NCBI GenBank assembly: GCA_951406725.2
Contig: OX597820.1
Location: 21,700,001-21,764,000 of the forward strand
Source of the DNA: Octopus vulgaris
Taxonomy: Eukaryota
DNA: 64,000 bases
Reading direction: 5' to 3'
Shown: piece by piece, positions 27,822 to 40,663 of the stretch
Layout: every line of letters starts with the position of its first letter
How positions within the stretch are numbered: the stretch's first letter is position 1
The notes under the pieces: model-generated
Told to the model about the DNA's origin: nothing
What the model saw: only the letters and a program-made list of their open reading frames with translations
Database searches by the model: none
Made by a program: the position numbers and the translations under genes

Positions 27822-28485
27822 GGCGTAGGAGTGGCTGTGTGGTAAGTAGCTTGCTTACGAACCATATGGTACTGGGTTCAGTCCCACTACGTAGCACCTT
27901 GGGCAAGTGTCTTCTACCATTGTCTCGGGCCGACCAAAGCCTTGTGAGTGGATTTGGTAGACGGAAACTAAAAGAATCCCGTCGTATATATGTAAATGTT
28001 TATATGCATGTATTTGTGTGTGTGTATGTTTGTGTGTGTGCGTATGTTTGTGTGTCTGTCTCCCCCAACGTCGCTTGACAACCAATGCTGGTGTTTTAAT
28101 GATCCCCATAACTTAGCGCTTCGGCAAAAGAGACCGATAGAATAAGTACTAAACTTACAAAGAATAAGTCCTGGGGTCGAGTTGCTCGACTAAAGGCGGT
28201 GCTCCAGCATGGCCACAGTCAAATGACTGAAATAAGTAAACAAAAAAGAGAGAGTATATATATATATATATATATTAATTAATATATATATATTATATAT
28301 AGTATATCTATATAGTGCTCCGACCAGTTAATCCAAAAGGTTTCAACCACAAAAATACATGTTTCCCATGAAAGTCAGTACGATTGTTAGCTCACACGGA
28401 CAGGGCAAATAAAAAATAGATAGATAAATAGATAGATAGATAGACAGACGAATATATATATATATGAGTGTATAGATACATATAC

Positions 28486-28520
<35 letters not shown>

Positions 28521-28522
28521 TG

Positions 28523-28554
<32 letters not shown>

Positions 28555-29291
28555 TGTATGTGTGTGTGTATGTATGTATGTCAGGTGTACATGTCTTCAA
28601 ATACATAAAATACATAGGCGTTACAAGTAGAAATTATACAAGCATAAAGAGTTTGTTTGGTTTTGAATGTAACGTAATCGTACATATTTACACTTACATA
28701 TGCTTCCTGCCACCAGATATTTTAATAACATTCACTCAGAGTGTTTCTTGTTTTCCTTAACGTCGATAATGGTTGAGAAAACACGGATGAGTTTTTGCCT
28801 TCGTCATATGAAATTTAAGTCATATATTCACTTTATATAGACGAACTAACTGTTGAGCTTGGGTTCCAGTTTCTAGCGTTGTGGGTTAATTCTATTAATA
28901 AGTAACGTCAGAAATATTGAAGTACATGCTTCTTTCAAAAACTTTAGATTCGCAGCCAAATAGAAAATTGATTGAACTAATAAGTGTTGTTGTCGTTGTT
29001 GTTCTTGTTATTATTTATCCTCCCTGGTCAATCCAGGTTGCAGAGACATTATAGTCAGAGGCAGTTCCACGCGTGGTTTTGAGGTCAGTTACACAGCGCG
29101 GCACCTTGAGTAAGAGGGTTTGGACCGACCAATAACTTGTAAGAAAATTTGGAAGACGGAAACTGTGAAAAAAAAACTGTCATATTTATATATGCGTGTG
29201 TTTGTCTCTCTGTGATTGCCTCCCGCCACCACTTGACAGCCGGAGTTCGTTTATTTACGTCCCCGTAACATTAGCAGTTCGGCAATACAGA

Positions 29292-29346
<55 letters not shown>

Positions 29347-29715
29347 TTGAAAAAAACACATTTATCAATTCGAAATGAACAATTAAATTACACCATCTAG
29401 AAAATTACATAACTATGATATACCGATGATTAAGTAAATTGCAAAATAATAATAAAATCGTATATATTTGGTATACATACCAAATATATACGTTTATATT
29501 ATTAGTTTGCAATTTACTTAATCATCGGTATATTATTGTTATTTTAATTTTAATATTTCTATTATATGTAATTTTCTAGATGGTGTAAATTGTTCATTTT
29601 GAATTGATAAAAGGTGCTTTTTCTAATTTTTATATATATATAATATTTTGTAAAATTTGATTTAGTATTTCTAAATTGAATTTTCCCCTGTAAGTTAGGA
29701 ATAATATTCCCTCAC

Positions 29716-29812
<97 letters not shown>

Positions 29813-30847
29813 TACATGTACACGACGGGCTTCTTTCAGTTTGCGTCTACCAAATCCACTCCCAAGACTTTGGTCAGCCTGAGGTTATGATAGAGAACAC
29901 CTGCCGAAAGTTCCACGCAGTAGGACTGAACCCGGAACCATGAGGTTGGGCAGCAAGCTTCTTAACACACAGTCACGTCTATATTTATATTTATACGTAC
30001 CAGAGAAATTCAACTTTTCTGTTCAATTAACCACACGTCATCTCTCTAAGAAAACTACACCGTTCCTGTTCAATGAAATTCATAAATGTGAAACATGAAC
30101 AGTCTACAAAGTAGAATATTAGCTTGCAGTGAGGAAAGTGAAAGGTCTGACATTTCAAGCTGCTATTTAGTAACGTAAGCAACTTTCTCAGTAATTTTTC
30201 TGTATTTAGTAATCAGCTTCTTCAAATTCTAATTATTTTTCTGAAATAAATCATTCATAACAGTTGTGATAGCAATATAACAATCCTGGGTGTTATTTTA
30301 TTAACTAATTTTATTCAAATTTCACTTCATTATATTAAAATATTAATCGTTTGATTACGTTTATTATGCAGCTCATTATATATCTTCGGAGAGATTCTAT
30401 CACGTTGTAGTAAAGTAATTATAGCATTTATATAGAAGGCAAGAAGCTTCAAATTTGGCTGAGAAAAATCTCTCACCCACCTTATTCCCTGGACCTCGCT
30501 TCTTCTGATTACCATTTGTTTCGAAGCTTACAGAGTCAGTTACATGGATTAATACTGAAAAGCCCCAAAAGCGGTTGAAACTGACCTGTCTCCCTTCTTC
30601 TCATCAAAACCAAGAGAGATTTTTTAACCAATGAAATTTAAAAAATTGACGAGCAGATGGAAGGAAGTTGTCGATAGTGTTGGGACTAATATACAGGTTT
30701 AAATTTTTATAAAGTGTAAACTTTGATCGCTTTTTTTCCTCATCCAAAATTCGGACATTACTTATGGGATGACCTGATATATAAAGAAAGACAGATAGAG
30801 AGAGATTATTAAAGTGAACTTTTTCTTTCCAAAATTTCCACTCCATA

Positions 30848-31007
30848 GGCGTAGGAGTGGCTGTGTGGTAAGTAGCTTGCTTATCAACCACATGGTTCCG
30901 GGTTCAGTCCCACTGCTTGGCACCATGGGCAAGTGTCTCCTACTATAGCCTCTGGCTTGTGAGTGGATTTAGTAGACGGAAACTGAAAGAAGCCCGTCGT
31001 ATATATG

Positions 31008-31051
<44 letters not shown>

Positions 31052-31260
31052 TGCGTCTGTGTTTGTCCCCCCAGCATCGCTTGACAACCGATGCTGGTGT
31101 GTTTACGTCCCCGTAACTTATCGGTTCGGCAAAAGAGACCGATAGAACAAGTACTAGGCTTACAAAGAATAAGTCCTGGGATCGATTTGCTCGACTAAAG
31201 GCGGTGCTCCAGCATGGCCGCAGTCAAATGACTGAAACAAGTAAAAGAGTAAAAGAGTAA
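30848..31260 (+). mobile_element. SINE group A, full length (gap-truncated twin at 23909-24027)
   Basis: Full family match. Confidence 0.9.
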
Positions 31261-31461
31261 ACTATTCAAATAATAACATGCGCTAAATTTGATTTCTAAC
31301 TTCAACACAAGAACACCAATTTCCTTTTCTTTTCCTATGAGAATACAATCGGTTAAATTGAACCCAGTACTTGATTGCTACTTTATATTATTGATCTGGG
31401 AAGGATGAAAGGTAAGTTAAACTTCAACAGGATTTAAACTTAGTAGGCTCAGAGCCGTTAC

Positions 31462-31536
<75 letters not shown>

Positions 31537-32049
31537 CAATGTGTCCAACGCATTAACGATTCAGCCATTCCATCTAGGGCCGTAGATGCAGTTGAAAATC
31601 TGCCAGATTATTATGATGGTTGTTATTGGTTTCAAACTTTGGTGCAAGGACAGCAAATTCGGTGGAAGCGTAAAGTCGATTACGTCGCCCCCCAGTGCTT
31701 GACTAGTACTCATTTCATCGATCCCCGAAAGGGTAAAAGGCAAGGCAGAAATTGAACTCAGAACGTAAAGATGGACGAAATGCTGCTGACGATTTTGTCC
31801 GGTGTGCTAACGATTCCGCCAGCTCGCCGCCTTAATTTTAGCATTCTAATATTAGAATTCCGAGAGCCTGACTTCAATGTCAGCGCTGACATATGTAAAC
31901 ATATATTACCTATTACTCATAATATTGCTATTATGATCCACATATATATACATATGTATGTAAATATATACGCATGTATATATACATATGTTCATATAAA
32001 AATGTAAACACACACACATATATGTATATATATATATATATGTATATAG

Positions 32050-32440
32050 AATAGCAGGAAAACTTATATCAACAATCAAAGCGATGTAGAGGAGGACTGG
32101 GTCATTGAGAAAATCAAGCACAACCTAAATGTGTTCTGCTTGTTTACCAACAAACAAAGGGACAACTGTTTTGCCCATCATCCCACTGATTGATGATAAC
32201 AACATTCCACACAACGATGCCTAAGAAATGGCATAATTTCTGTTGGAACAATATTGCCCTGTCTTCAGTAATCCTGCTGAAGGTAGTCTAATTGAAATCA
32301 AACCCCAAAATATTATCTCCGGCATAACTTTCGACATCCAATGTATAAATATAGCGATAAATGAAATTATACATTATTTTGCGTTAAGTTCCGGTAAAAT
32401 CTGTGCTAGCGTCCTAAAGGTATGCCCACATCTTCGAAGA
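32050..32440 (+). mobile_element. Decayed CR1/L2-like LINE ORF2 fragment (EN-RT linker)
   Basis: Across frameshifts it reads VIEKIKHNLNVF...PLIDDNNIPHNDA*EMA*FLLEQYCPVFSNP...ISGITFDIQCINIAINEI, resembling the 'A..L..QF.SVFT' and 'I..AI..L' region preceding RT domain 0. Confidence 0.6.
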
Positions 32441-32469
32441 AGGTTGATATACTATATAGATAAAATAAA

Positions 32470-33135
32470 TATATGCGCCGTTTTAAAGCCTAACCAAGCT
32501 AATGGGCCCGGTTTCCCGGTTTCAATGGCGTATGTGTTCCCCAGCTGGACGAGACACCAGTCCATCGCAGCGTTACTCATTTTTGCCAACTGAGTGGACT
32601 GGAGCAACGTGAAATGAAGTGTTTTGCTCAAGAACACAACGCGTCGCCCGGTCCATGAATCGAAACCACAATCTTACGATCATGATGCTGACACCCTAAC
32701 CACTAAGCCACGCGCCTCCACGGTATTCTGTTTATTTAGTCTATATACCCAAACATTCCCTCTTCTAATCTGTCATCCCAGAGAAGCAAGCTTCAGAAAA
32801 AGGAGCAAGTCACTTGCAGTTAGTTACTTATTGCTTTTGTGGAGGCGCAATGGCCCAGTGGTTAGGGCAGCGGACTCGCTGTCGGAGGATCGCGGTTTCA
32901 ATTCCCAGACTGGACGTTGTGTGTGTTTATTGAGCGAAAACACCTAAAGCTCCCCGAAGCTCCGGCAGGGGGGGGGGGGGGCGACCCCTGTTGTACTCTT
33001 TCGCTCTTTCTTTCTGTTTCTTGAGTAACGCTGCGATGGACTGGCGTCCCATCCAGCTGGGGGGAACACATACTCCACAGAAACCAGGAAACCGGGCCCA
33101 TGAGCCGGCTAGGCTTGAAAAGGGCGCATAAATAA
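32470..33135. mobile_element. Two group B SINEs head-to-head (32470-32720 minus; 32838-33135 plus)
   Basis: Both match the family, and their 3' modules are reverse complements of each other. Confidence 0.88.
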
Positions 33136-34154
33136 ATAAAAAACTTATTGCCGTTGATGTGGTGGAGGCTATTTAACACAGCTCCAACATCATGTGGACG
33201 ACATCCTTAAAGTTTTATTAAAGAATGTTTTGTAGCAATGAAAATCAATGTCTGTCATGCCATCTGATTAACTGATTGATTGATTGATTGATTGACTGAT
33301 TGATTAATTAAACGGTATGGCAGGCATTGATTTTTTGGACTGCTTCAAAGCACTCAGACGCGATTCTCTGCAACGCTATCGTGAATGTAATTTCATTTGC
33401 TTAATGTGAAAAAAATACAGTAATAGTATTTCCCAACCGATCTTTTCATCGAGCTTAGAAAAAAATGAACGACCGCTACAATGTGTGAATTTGAGAGGGA
33501 ATTATGTTGAATAAAATCATAATTAACGTAGCACTCCTTCGTACATTTTTCAGTAGGTCTGTTTGTATGTATTCTTCATTTCATTTTATTTTAGTGAAGA
33601 AATTTCCCTTATCAATGCCACTGCTTTGCTGTAATTTTATCTCTTCAGACTCTGATAGATTGTCAACGCTCAGCCTCATAACAATTCCATGCGGATTAGA
33701 TAAGGAAGTATACATATATATTTATGTATATGCCTACCGAGATTTCTCTTCTTTTCTCTTCTTTTATTCTCCTCAGACATCACCTCTGATAACTGTCATT
33801 TATCTTCGTATCACATTAACAGACATCCTGGTGTTAGTAACTGAAATAGTCAGGAAAACTGATGTACAGGATATTTGAGTTTATAACGGAGGCGAGTAGC
33901 AGTCGAGACAAAAGAAATTTAATGTTAAATATAAAATAAGATAACAGAATCCATACTGTGAAGCAAAAAAAAATTAAAAGGAAAATACGAATATAATAAG
34001 AGTTTCGATTAGTTTGCACCAGTCTCTAAGTATTTGTATAAGTTGCCTTTGAGTATGATATCAGTAAAAGTGCTATTCGTCACCTGAGCAAGGTAGAAAC
34101 ATTTGATAATTCTTGCTATCAAAAATGAAAAGAAATATTCGTAGTGTGAGCGCC

Positions 34155-34520
34155 TTAACCCTTTAGCATTCAAATTACTCTGTCAAATATAATGCTTATT
34201 TATTCACATTGTTTTGAATCAATCATTATGTCGTAGCTTTGAGATTTCAATGATATGATTGTTTATATACACCGCTGGAAGTTCTTGTTGACAAACAACA
34301 GCCGTAATTTTATTCAGCTAAATACACGTCATTGATAGGTTGAAATTACCGAAATAGGACTACTTTAACGTGAAATAACTTCGTAAATATCGGTTTTTCT
34401 TAAAAGCGCTAAGAGTAAAAGATGTTTTATATGACACATTCTACCAGTGTCCGAAGTTTGAAAGTGCTTAGTTACAAAGAATTATTTCTGAAGTCTGTCG
34501 GTCAAAAGGTAAAGATCCCA
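34155..34520. mobile_element. Probable DNA-transposon/MITE fragments
   Basis: TTAA-CCCTTT (piggyBac-like end) at ~34155. No partner terminus found. Confidence 0.3.
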
Positions 34521-35365
34521 ATATTCTTTATATTAAACTTGTTAGTCTAAGATAACTTGATCTTGACCATTTATTAGTGCTCTGCTATATAGATGATAGA
34601 TTACTATATGTTTCCTCCAAAACTTATTTCCAGATTATGCAAAAACTTTTGTATGGTATTTGAATTTTGAATGGTATTTCAAACTTGTATAGAATTTAAC
34701 GTTACTCAATATCTGAATATTTAACGGGTTACTGAAGAATTATTATGCCTACCTAGGAACCTTTGAAAAAGAAAATACATTTGGCAGACATTTAAATTAT
34801 ATATTTCATGATATGTGATATAAAGAGCATATCTCAAGTTACTTTGCGGTTAACTAAACATGTATCCAAGAAATTATTCTCATCACTAAGCATTTAGTTA
34901 ATTGTTTGTTCCGTCAGCAGCTAGAAGTTGTTGAAACATGGGTTCATTGTCTGGAGAGGCATCAATTTATCTATAGGAGAATTTATGAACAGCCCAAGTC
35001 TGCGTGTCTACAAATTTACTGAAGGTAATTATTTCAGGAGAATGAATCTTGTTAACATTTTTTAAATGTAAATTTCAAGCTATGCTTGCTCCATCTATTG
35101 AACAAAAATTTTAAATCTTACCTTTCAACAGAATGCAGAATATAAGCCAAATAATTTTAAAACTCATGTCAAGTTGAGTGAAAACTCGTTTAAAATATGA
35201 AATCATGCAGCGAAAATCACTCCAAAGAAATGTAGACACTAATTAGAAAATAAAAATGTTATACTATTGCAATAAAAATATAGCAGACTTTTGTCAATAT
35301 TCTTGTATTTGCTTCCTTAGTTTTCTTAAACGTAATACTGATAATCTATTGGGAAAATACCTATA

Positions 35366-35944
35366 TATTGGGTAAGTACGGTAAGTTCGTACTGATTTAT
35401 AGTAGCTTAACTTTCGACTTATTTTAGAACATGTTTGAGTCCATAAAATAGGATTTTACTACACCTCCATTTAGAGCACAGTTTAAGCTATCTTTTCGTG
35501 GAAGAAGGTTTATGTTCCTATAACCTGTGTTAATTCTATAACCCTTTAAAATGGAAGATAAGAAAGTTCATTTTCGGCACTTGATGCTTTTCGTTTTCCG
35601 TAAAGGGAAAACTGCCTCACAAGGAACCAAAGAAATATGCACAGTTTACGGTGATGTTTCTTTATCCGAAAGAACTGTACGGAAGTGATTCGCAAGGTTC
35701 CGAGCTGGAGATTGTATCCTTATTAATAAAGAGCGATCAGGCAGACCATACACTACAGATGATGACCAAATCAAGTCATAAATTGAGAATAACCCACATT
35801 GCATAACTCGAGAATTGGCAGAAGGCCTCAACCTATCAAAATCCGTCGTTCATGAGCACCTGGTAAAGGTTGGGTAAAGGCAAGTATTTATTGACCTTTT
35901 TCTTTCCTTTAAAAATCAGCATGAACTTTCCGGACAACCCAATA
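35366..35944 (+). mobile_element. Internally deleted mariner with both TIRs and TA flanks
   Basis: TA-ttgggtaagtacggtaagttcgt ... atgaactttccggacaacccaa-TA. ATG at 35551 reads MEDKKVHFRHLMLFVFRKGKTASQGTKEICTVYGDVSLSERTVRK*FARFRAGD...ERSGRP (mariner HTH). The catalytic domain is deleted. Confidence 0.88.
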
Positions 35945-36198
35945 TTTACAAGAAATGCTTTGTCCAGAATTGCTTTATTTCTATTTTGTAGATAAATTTC
36001 AATAAAGCACAATCTTCTAGTATAATGGTTTGTATTTTGAGCTGAATAGCTTGTATGGAACTTTACAAACAGTTTGTCTTATGCTCTATATTCCCGTGAA
36101 CCTAACGCACATAAAACGATTAAAATATTATTAAAGAGACTCCAATTTAACTTTTAAAACATCGACTAGAATTTTTGAGCGTTGAACTATAAACATAG

Positions 36199-36483
36199 TG
36201 GATATTAATAGTTATCGCCAAGCTAACACGGCAGTCCAAAACAATAGAACAAATGCTGCCGTTGATTAGCTCCAAGAGGCCATCGCCTCTAGCTAGCTAT
36301 GTGACACACAAACCTGTGTCCATGATAACCTTCGAATAGGGGAGGTTCGAAGGTTATAATGGACACAGGTTTGTGTATCACATAGCTAGCTAGAGGCGAT
36401 GGCCTCTTAGAGCTAATCAACGGCAACATTCGTCCTATTGTTCTGGACTGCCGTGTTAGCTTGGCGATAACTATTAATATCCA
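36199..36483. repeat. Long hairpin: 138-bp arms, 9-nt loop
   Basis: 36199-36336 pairs with 36346-36483 with 7 mismatches and no indels; loop taggggagg. Confidence 0.92.
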
Positions 36484-37164
36484 GTACCGCCGCCGTAGTT
36501 TCTTTTAGAGAGAATTAGAAATAATAATATTTCCATAGCGGAAATATTTTTACAAGTTTTATTTGATGAGAAAAACCCATTTTTTTATGAATTCGTGATT
36601 TGTTATCTGTAGAATTAGCCCATATTATCTAGCTTGATATCTGAACTGTCGTGATAAGTTGTCATTTTAAAAATGATATTTTGAAAAATATTTTTGTGGC
36701 TGTTTTATCGGCATAAATTCTTATAGAAATATCTTCAGAAATATTTTGATGTCATATGTCATTATTATGATGAACTTCGTGTGTGATTAAAAGAAAATTA
36801 TCTTAATCGATGTCATTAGTATTATTTTACTAAATAAAATTCATTATCTTTCAAAAAATAATTCAATGGATTTTTTTATAAACTTCAGGGATTTGTAGAA
36901 TAAGTATTATATTTTGGTTTCAGTAATATTAAGAAAATGGTAAACAAATTTATCCCAGGGAGGATGTTCATCTGATACTGTGATAACAATTCCAGAACGC
37001 CTCACATCTACGTCCGCTAGAATAGATAAAAGCCTACAAAAAGAACAACCTGCAGTTGGTTTGTACGTACAAATAATTAATTAACTATCTAACTATCTTG
37101 CTAATTTTGCTGTACGGAAAGAGTAACCGTTTTTCTTGTATCTGTTCTTTGAAGTAAAATTCGT

Positions 37165-37735
37165 TTCTAATCTAGGCACAAGGCCCGAAATTTTGGGGGA
37201 AGGGGCCAGTTGATTAGATCGACACTAATACGCAACTGGCACTTAATTTATCGACCCCGAAAGGATGAAAGACTAAGTCGACCTCGGCGGAATTTGAACT
37301 CAGAACGTAACGGCAGACGAAATACCTATTTCTTTACTACCCACAAGGGGCTACACACAGAGGGGGCAAACAAGGACAGACAAACGGATTAAGTCGACTA
37401 CATCGACCCCAGTGCGTAACTGATACTTAATTTATCGACCCCGAAAGGATGAAAGGCTAAGTTGACCTCGGCGAAATTTGAACTCAGAACGTAAAGACAG
37501 ATGAAATACCGCTGAGCATTTCGCCCGGCGTGGTAACGTTTCTTATTTCTTTATTGCCCACAAGGGGCTAAACATGGCGACGGCAAACATGGACAGACAA
37601 ACGGATTAAGTCGATTACATCAACCCCAGTGCGTAACTGGTACTTAATTTATCGACCCCGAAAGGATGAAAGGCAAAGTCGACCTCGGCGGAATTTGAAC
37701 TCAGAACGTAACGGCAGACGAAATACCGCTAAGCA
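37165..37735 (-). mobile_element. SINE group C tandem concatemer (~3 units)
   Basis: Three repeats of aatttatcgaccccgaaaggatgaaag...gaactcagaacgtaa. Confidence 0.88.
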
Positions 37736-38280
37736 TACACTCGAAAGTAATTAATGACTAGAATTTTCCTACCAACAAAAATCCAGTTGAATATCTGTTG
37801 AAAGGCAAATGTCCCGGAATTCCATAATACTTCAATATATCACCTTATAGGGAGGCAGCAATCTCACTTGGATGATAAGCAGAAATGTGGCGAGTAAATA
37901 CATTTCAATAACACTGTTATACGTATTCATAATTGTTGGTATTGTTATTTTTAATCAGTTACATAGAACACTGTGTGTTTGGAAGTTAACGGTAAGAAAA
38001 CATAAAATCTGTTTTCCTAGTGGAGATAATAGTAATTAGTCTAAACAGCTGCAGGTTTCTTTCTGGTGGCAGACAAACTTTGAAATGTTTGCTTAATTTA
38101 CGTGGCTTTGCAATGGAAAAGCTTGTCTAAGTCTTTGAAATCTTAATTTAAAGCAAAAATAGAATTAGATTACATATTCAAATTAGTTTGTTTTCATTCA
38201 TTCTTAATCACAGATACAGATGTAAAATATTATTTTCCTGTTTAGAATATGTACATTCTACATGCATCAGTCTATGTATG

Positions 38281-38349
<69 letters not shown>

Positions 38350-38353
<4 letters not shown>

Positions 38354-38600
38354 TTGTTTCAGTCATTTGACTGTGGCCATGCCACGAGTTCAATCTTTAG
38401 TCGACCAAATCGACCCCAAGACTTATTCTTTGTAAGCCTAGTACTTATTCTATCGGTCTCTTATGCCGAACCGCTAAGTTACAGGGATGTAAACACACCA
38501 GCATCGGTTATCAAGCGATGTTGGGAGGGGAGGGACAAACACAGACACACAAACATATATACACGCACATACATATATGTATATATATATACGACGGGCT
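38350..38600 (-). mobile_element. SINE group A, 3' half
   Basis: Family match. Confidence 0.8.
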
Positions 38601-39084
38601 AGACAGAAGTTAGACAGAATGGAAATATCAGGAATTTCTATTCTATTTAAGTCGGACTTCTTTATATGTATACATATGTACATTTTTTGTATTAAATATA
38701 TTTGGTGGTATTTTTTGCATATCGACTTACCTCACATGCTTGTCCTTACATTTACCCCTCTACCTGCTCAAGTCCAAATCTCTTGAACATTACGAAGTGT
38801 ATTTTATACAGGGAATACTTGTCTCTATTCTTTCTTTCTTTCTTTCTTGGCAGTAACTGAAGTACTACAAAGCTAAAGCACTGTTTAGAATGCTTTAGGC
38901 GATCAAACTGACCCACAACTTATTCTTGTGTCAATTTTTTGATGAAGTGAAATGATATTGATCGGTCCGGGAACTCAAGGTGTTCTGCAATGGGTTTGAA
39001 CCAAAAATCATGTGACTTCAAAGCTTATTCAAAGTATTATTCACACAGGCTGTTCCTGCTCATATATATATATGCTACACGCGG

Positions 39085-39126
<42 letters not shown>

Positions 39127-39223
39127 ATATATATATATGTATGTATATATATATGTATATATATATGTATATATACACACACATATATATATACATGTAT
39201 TTTAAATTGGGTGGTAGTTTAAA

Positions 39224-39269
<46 letters not shown>

Positions 39270-40099
39270 GAGAACACACATTTATATATATACATATGTG
39301 TGTGCGTGTATGTATGTATATAAATATATATATGTATATATATATATACATACTCACAAACACGCACATACACACACAACCACATTCACATATATATATG
39401 TGTGTGTGTGTGTGTGTGTATGTGTGTGTGTGTGTAACTATATTTTTTATATTCTTGTTTTCTCGTCTAGACTTCAAATACTGGATAAAACCAGCCAGCA
39501 TTCATTACAATGCTGCTCTTTCATAATTATCAAAGCTGGAATGGAAAAATAAATAACGTATGCAGATTATGGAAATACTGATATCTTTTTAATGTACAAA
39601 AAGAAAAAGAACCTTATTTTTCACAGTTTGAGAAAGATTACAAAAATACGCTGAAGACAGCTTCCTGCTCCTCCTCCTACCCCTCCTTCTTCTTTGAGTT
39701 AATGTTACGAAAAACTGGTTAAAGAATAATGGCACATTTTAGAAAAATAAATATTCTGTAATGAAACTTTGTTTTGAATTCACTGTTTGTAATTAATAGC
39801 AACATGCAACAATGATTTCAAATTTTGGCACAAGGCCAGCAATTTTGGCGGCCGGAGATAAGTCGATTACGTCGACCCCAATGTTGAACGGGTGCTCATT
39901 TTATCGATCCCGAAAGGATGAAAGTCAAAATCGGCCCTGGTGGAAAGTGAACTCGGAACGTGAAGACGGACGAAATACCGCAAAACATTTTGACCGACAT
40001 GTTATAGTAACATGTAATAATAATCTTTTACGTCTATTACTTTATGTAATTTTTAACACTTTGAACAACAGTTCAGCCATTTTTCTTTCTTTCTGACAT

Positions 40100-40312
40100 T
40101 ACTCTCTTTTACTTGTTTCAGTCATTTGACAGCGGCCATGCTGGAGCTCTGCCTTTAGTCGAGCAAATCGATCCCAAGACTTATTCTTTGTAAGCCTGGT
40201 AGTTATTCTATCGGTCTCTTTTGCCGAACCGCTAAGTTATGGGGACGTAAACACACCAGCATCAGTTGTCAAGCGATGTTGGGGGGACAAACACAGACAC
40301 ACAAACATATAT

Positions 40313-40392
<80 letters not shown>

Positions 40393-40556
40393 CACGACGA
40401 GCTTCTTTCAGTTTCCGTCTACCAAATCCACTCAAAAGGCTTTGGTCGGCCCGAAGCTATAGTAGAAGCTCTTGCCCAAGGTGCCACGCAGTGGGACTGA
40501 ACCCGGAACCATGTGGTTGGTAAGCAAGCTACTAACCACACAGCTACTCCAGCGCC
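40100..40556 (-). mobile_element. SINE group A, full length, directly downstream of U6 copy
   Basis: Head revcomp ggcgctggagtagctgtgtgg starts 3 nt after the U6 3' end. Confidence 0.9.
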
Positions 40557-40559
40557 TTG

Positions 40560-40663
40560 AAATATGGAACGCTCACGGATTTGCGTGTCATCCTTGCGCA
40601 GGGGCCATGCTAATCTTCTCTGTATCCTTCCAATTTTAGAGTATGTACCGCCGTAGCTAGTAC
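40560..40663 (-). ncRNA. U6: U6 snRNA copy (probably a processed pseudogene)
   Basis: Revcomp GTACTAGCTACGGCGGTACATACTCTAAAATTGGAAGGATACAGAGAAGATTAGCATGGCCCCTGCGCAAGGATGACACGCAAATCCGTGAGCGTTCCATATTT. ACAGAGA box, AGC triad and ISL are intact and the 5' stem has a UNCG loop. A few substitutions, a 1-nt deletion, only TTT at the 3' end and no TATA near -30. Confidence 0.93.

Larger units (their letters stand above)
17366..30965 (+). repeat. ~6.7-6.8 kb near-identical direct duplication (17366-24027 and 24128-30965) either side of a 100-N gap
   Basis: Copy 2 starts exactly after the gap (aataatggcagcttgcag) and copy 1 ends exactly at it (ggcttgtgagtg). Differences are sparse SNPs, microsatellite lengths and one ~115-bp indel. 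Confidence 0.95.

Noticed and set aside
32050-32230. Minus-strand hydrophobic peptide (ASLCGMLLSSISGMMGKTVVPLFV) resembling a transporter helix
   Set aside because: The plus strand is better explained as a decayed LINE ORF2, and the implied intron would be only 23 nt.
37165-37735. CRISPR-like regularly spaced repeats
   Set aside because: Whole units repeat with no unique spacers; these are SINE concatemers in eukaryotic DNA with no cas genes.
40560-40663. Functional U6 gene
   Set aside because: Not called functional: substitutions and a deletion in conserved regions, short T-tract and no evident TATA. It cannot be fully excluded.
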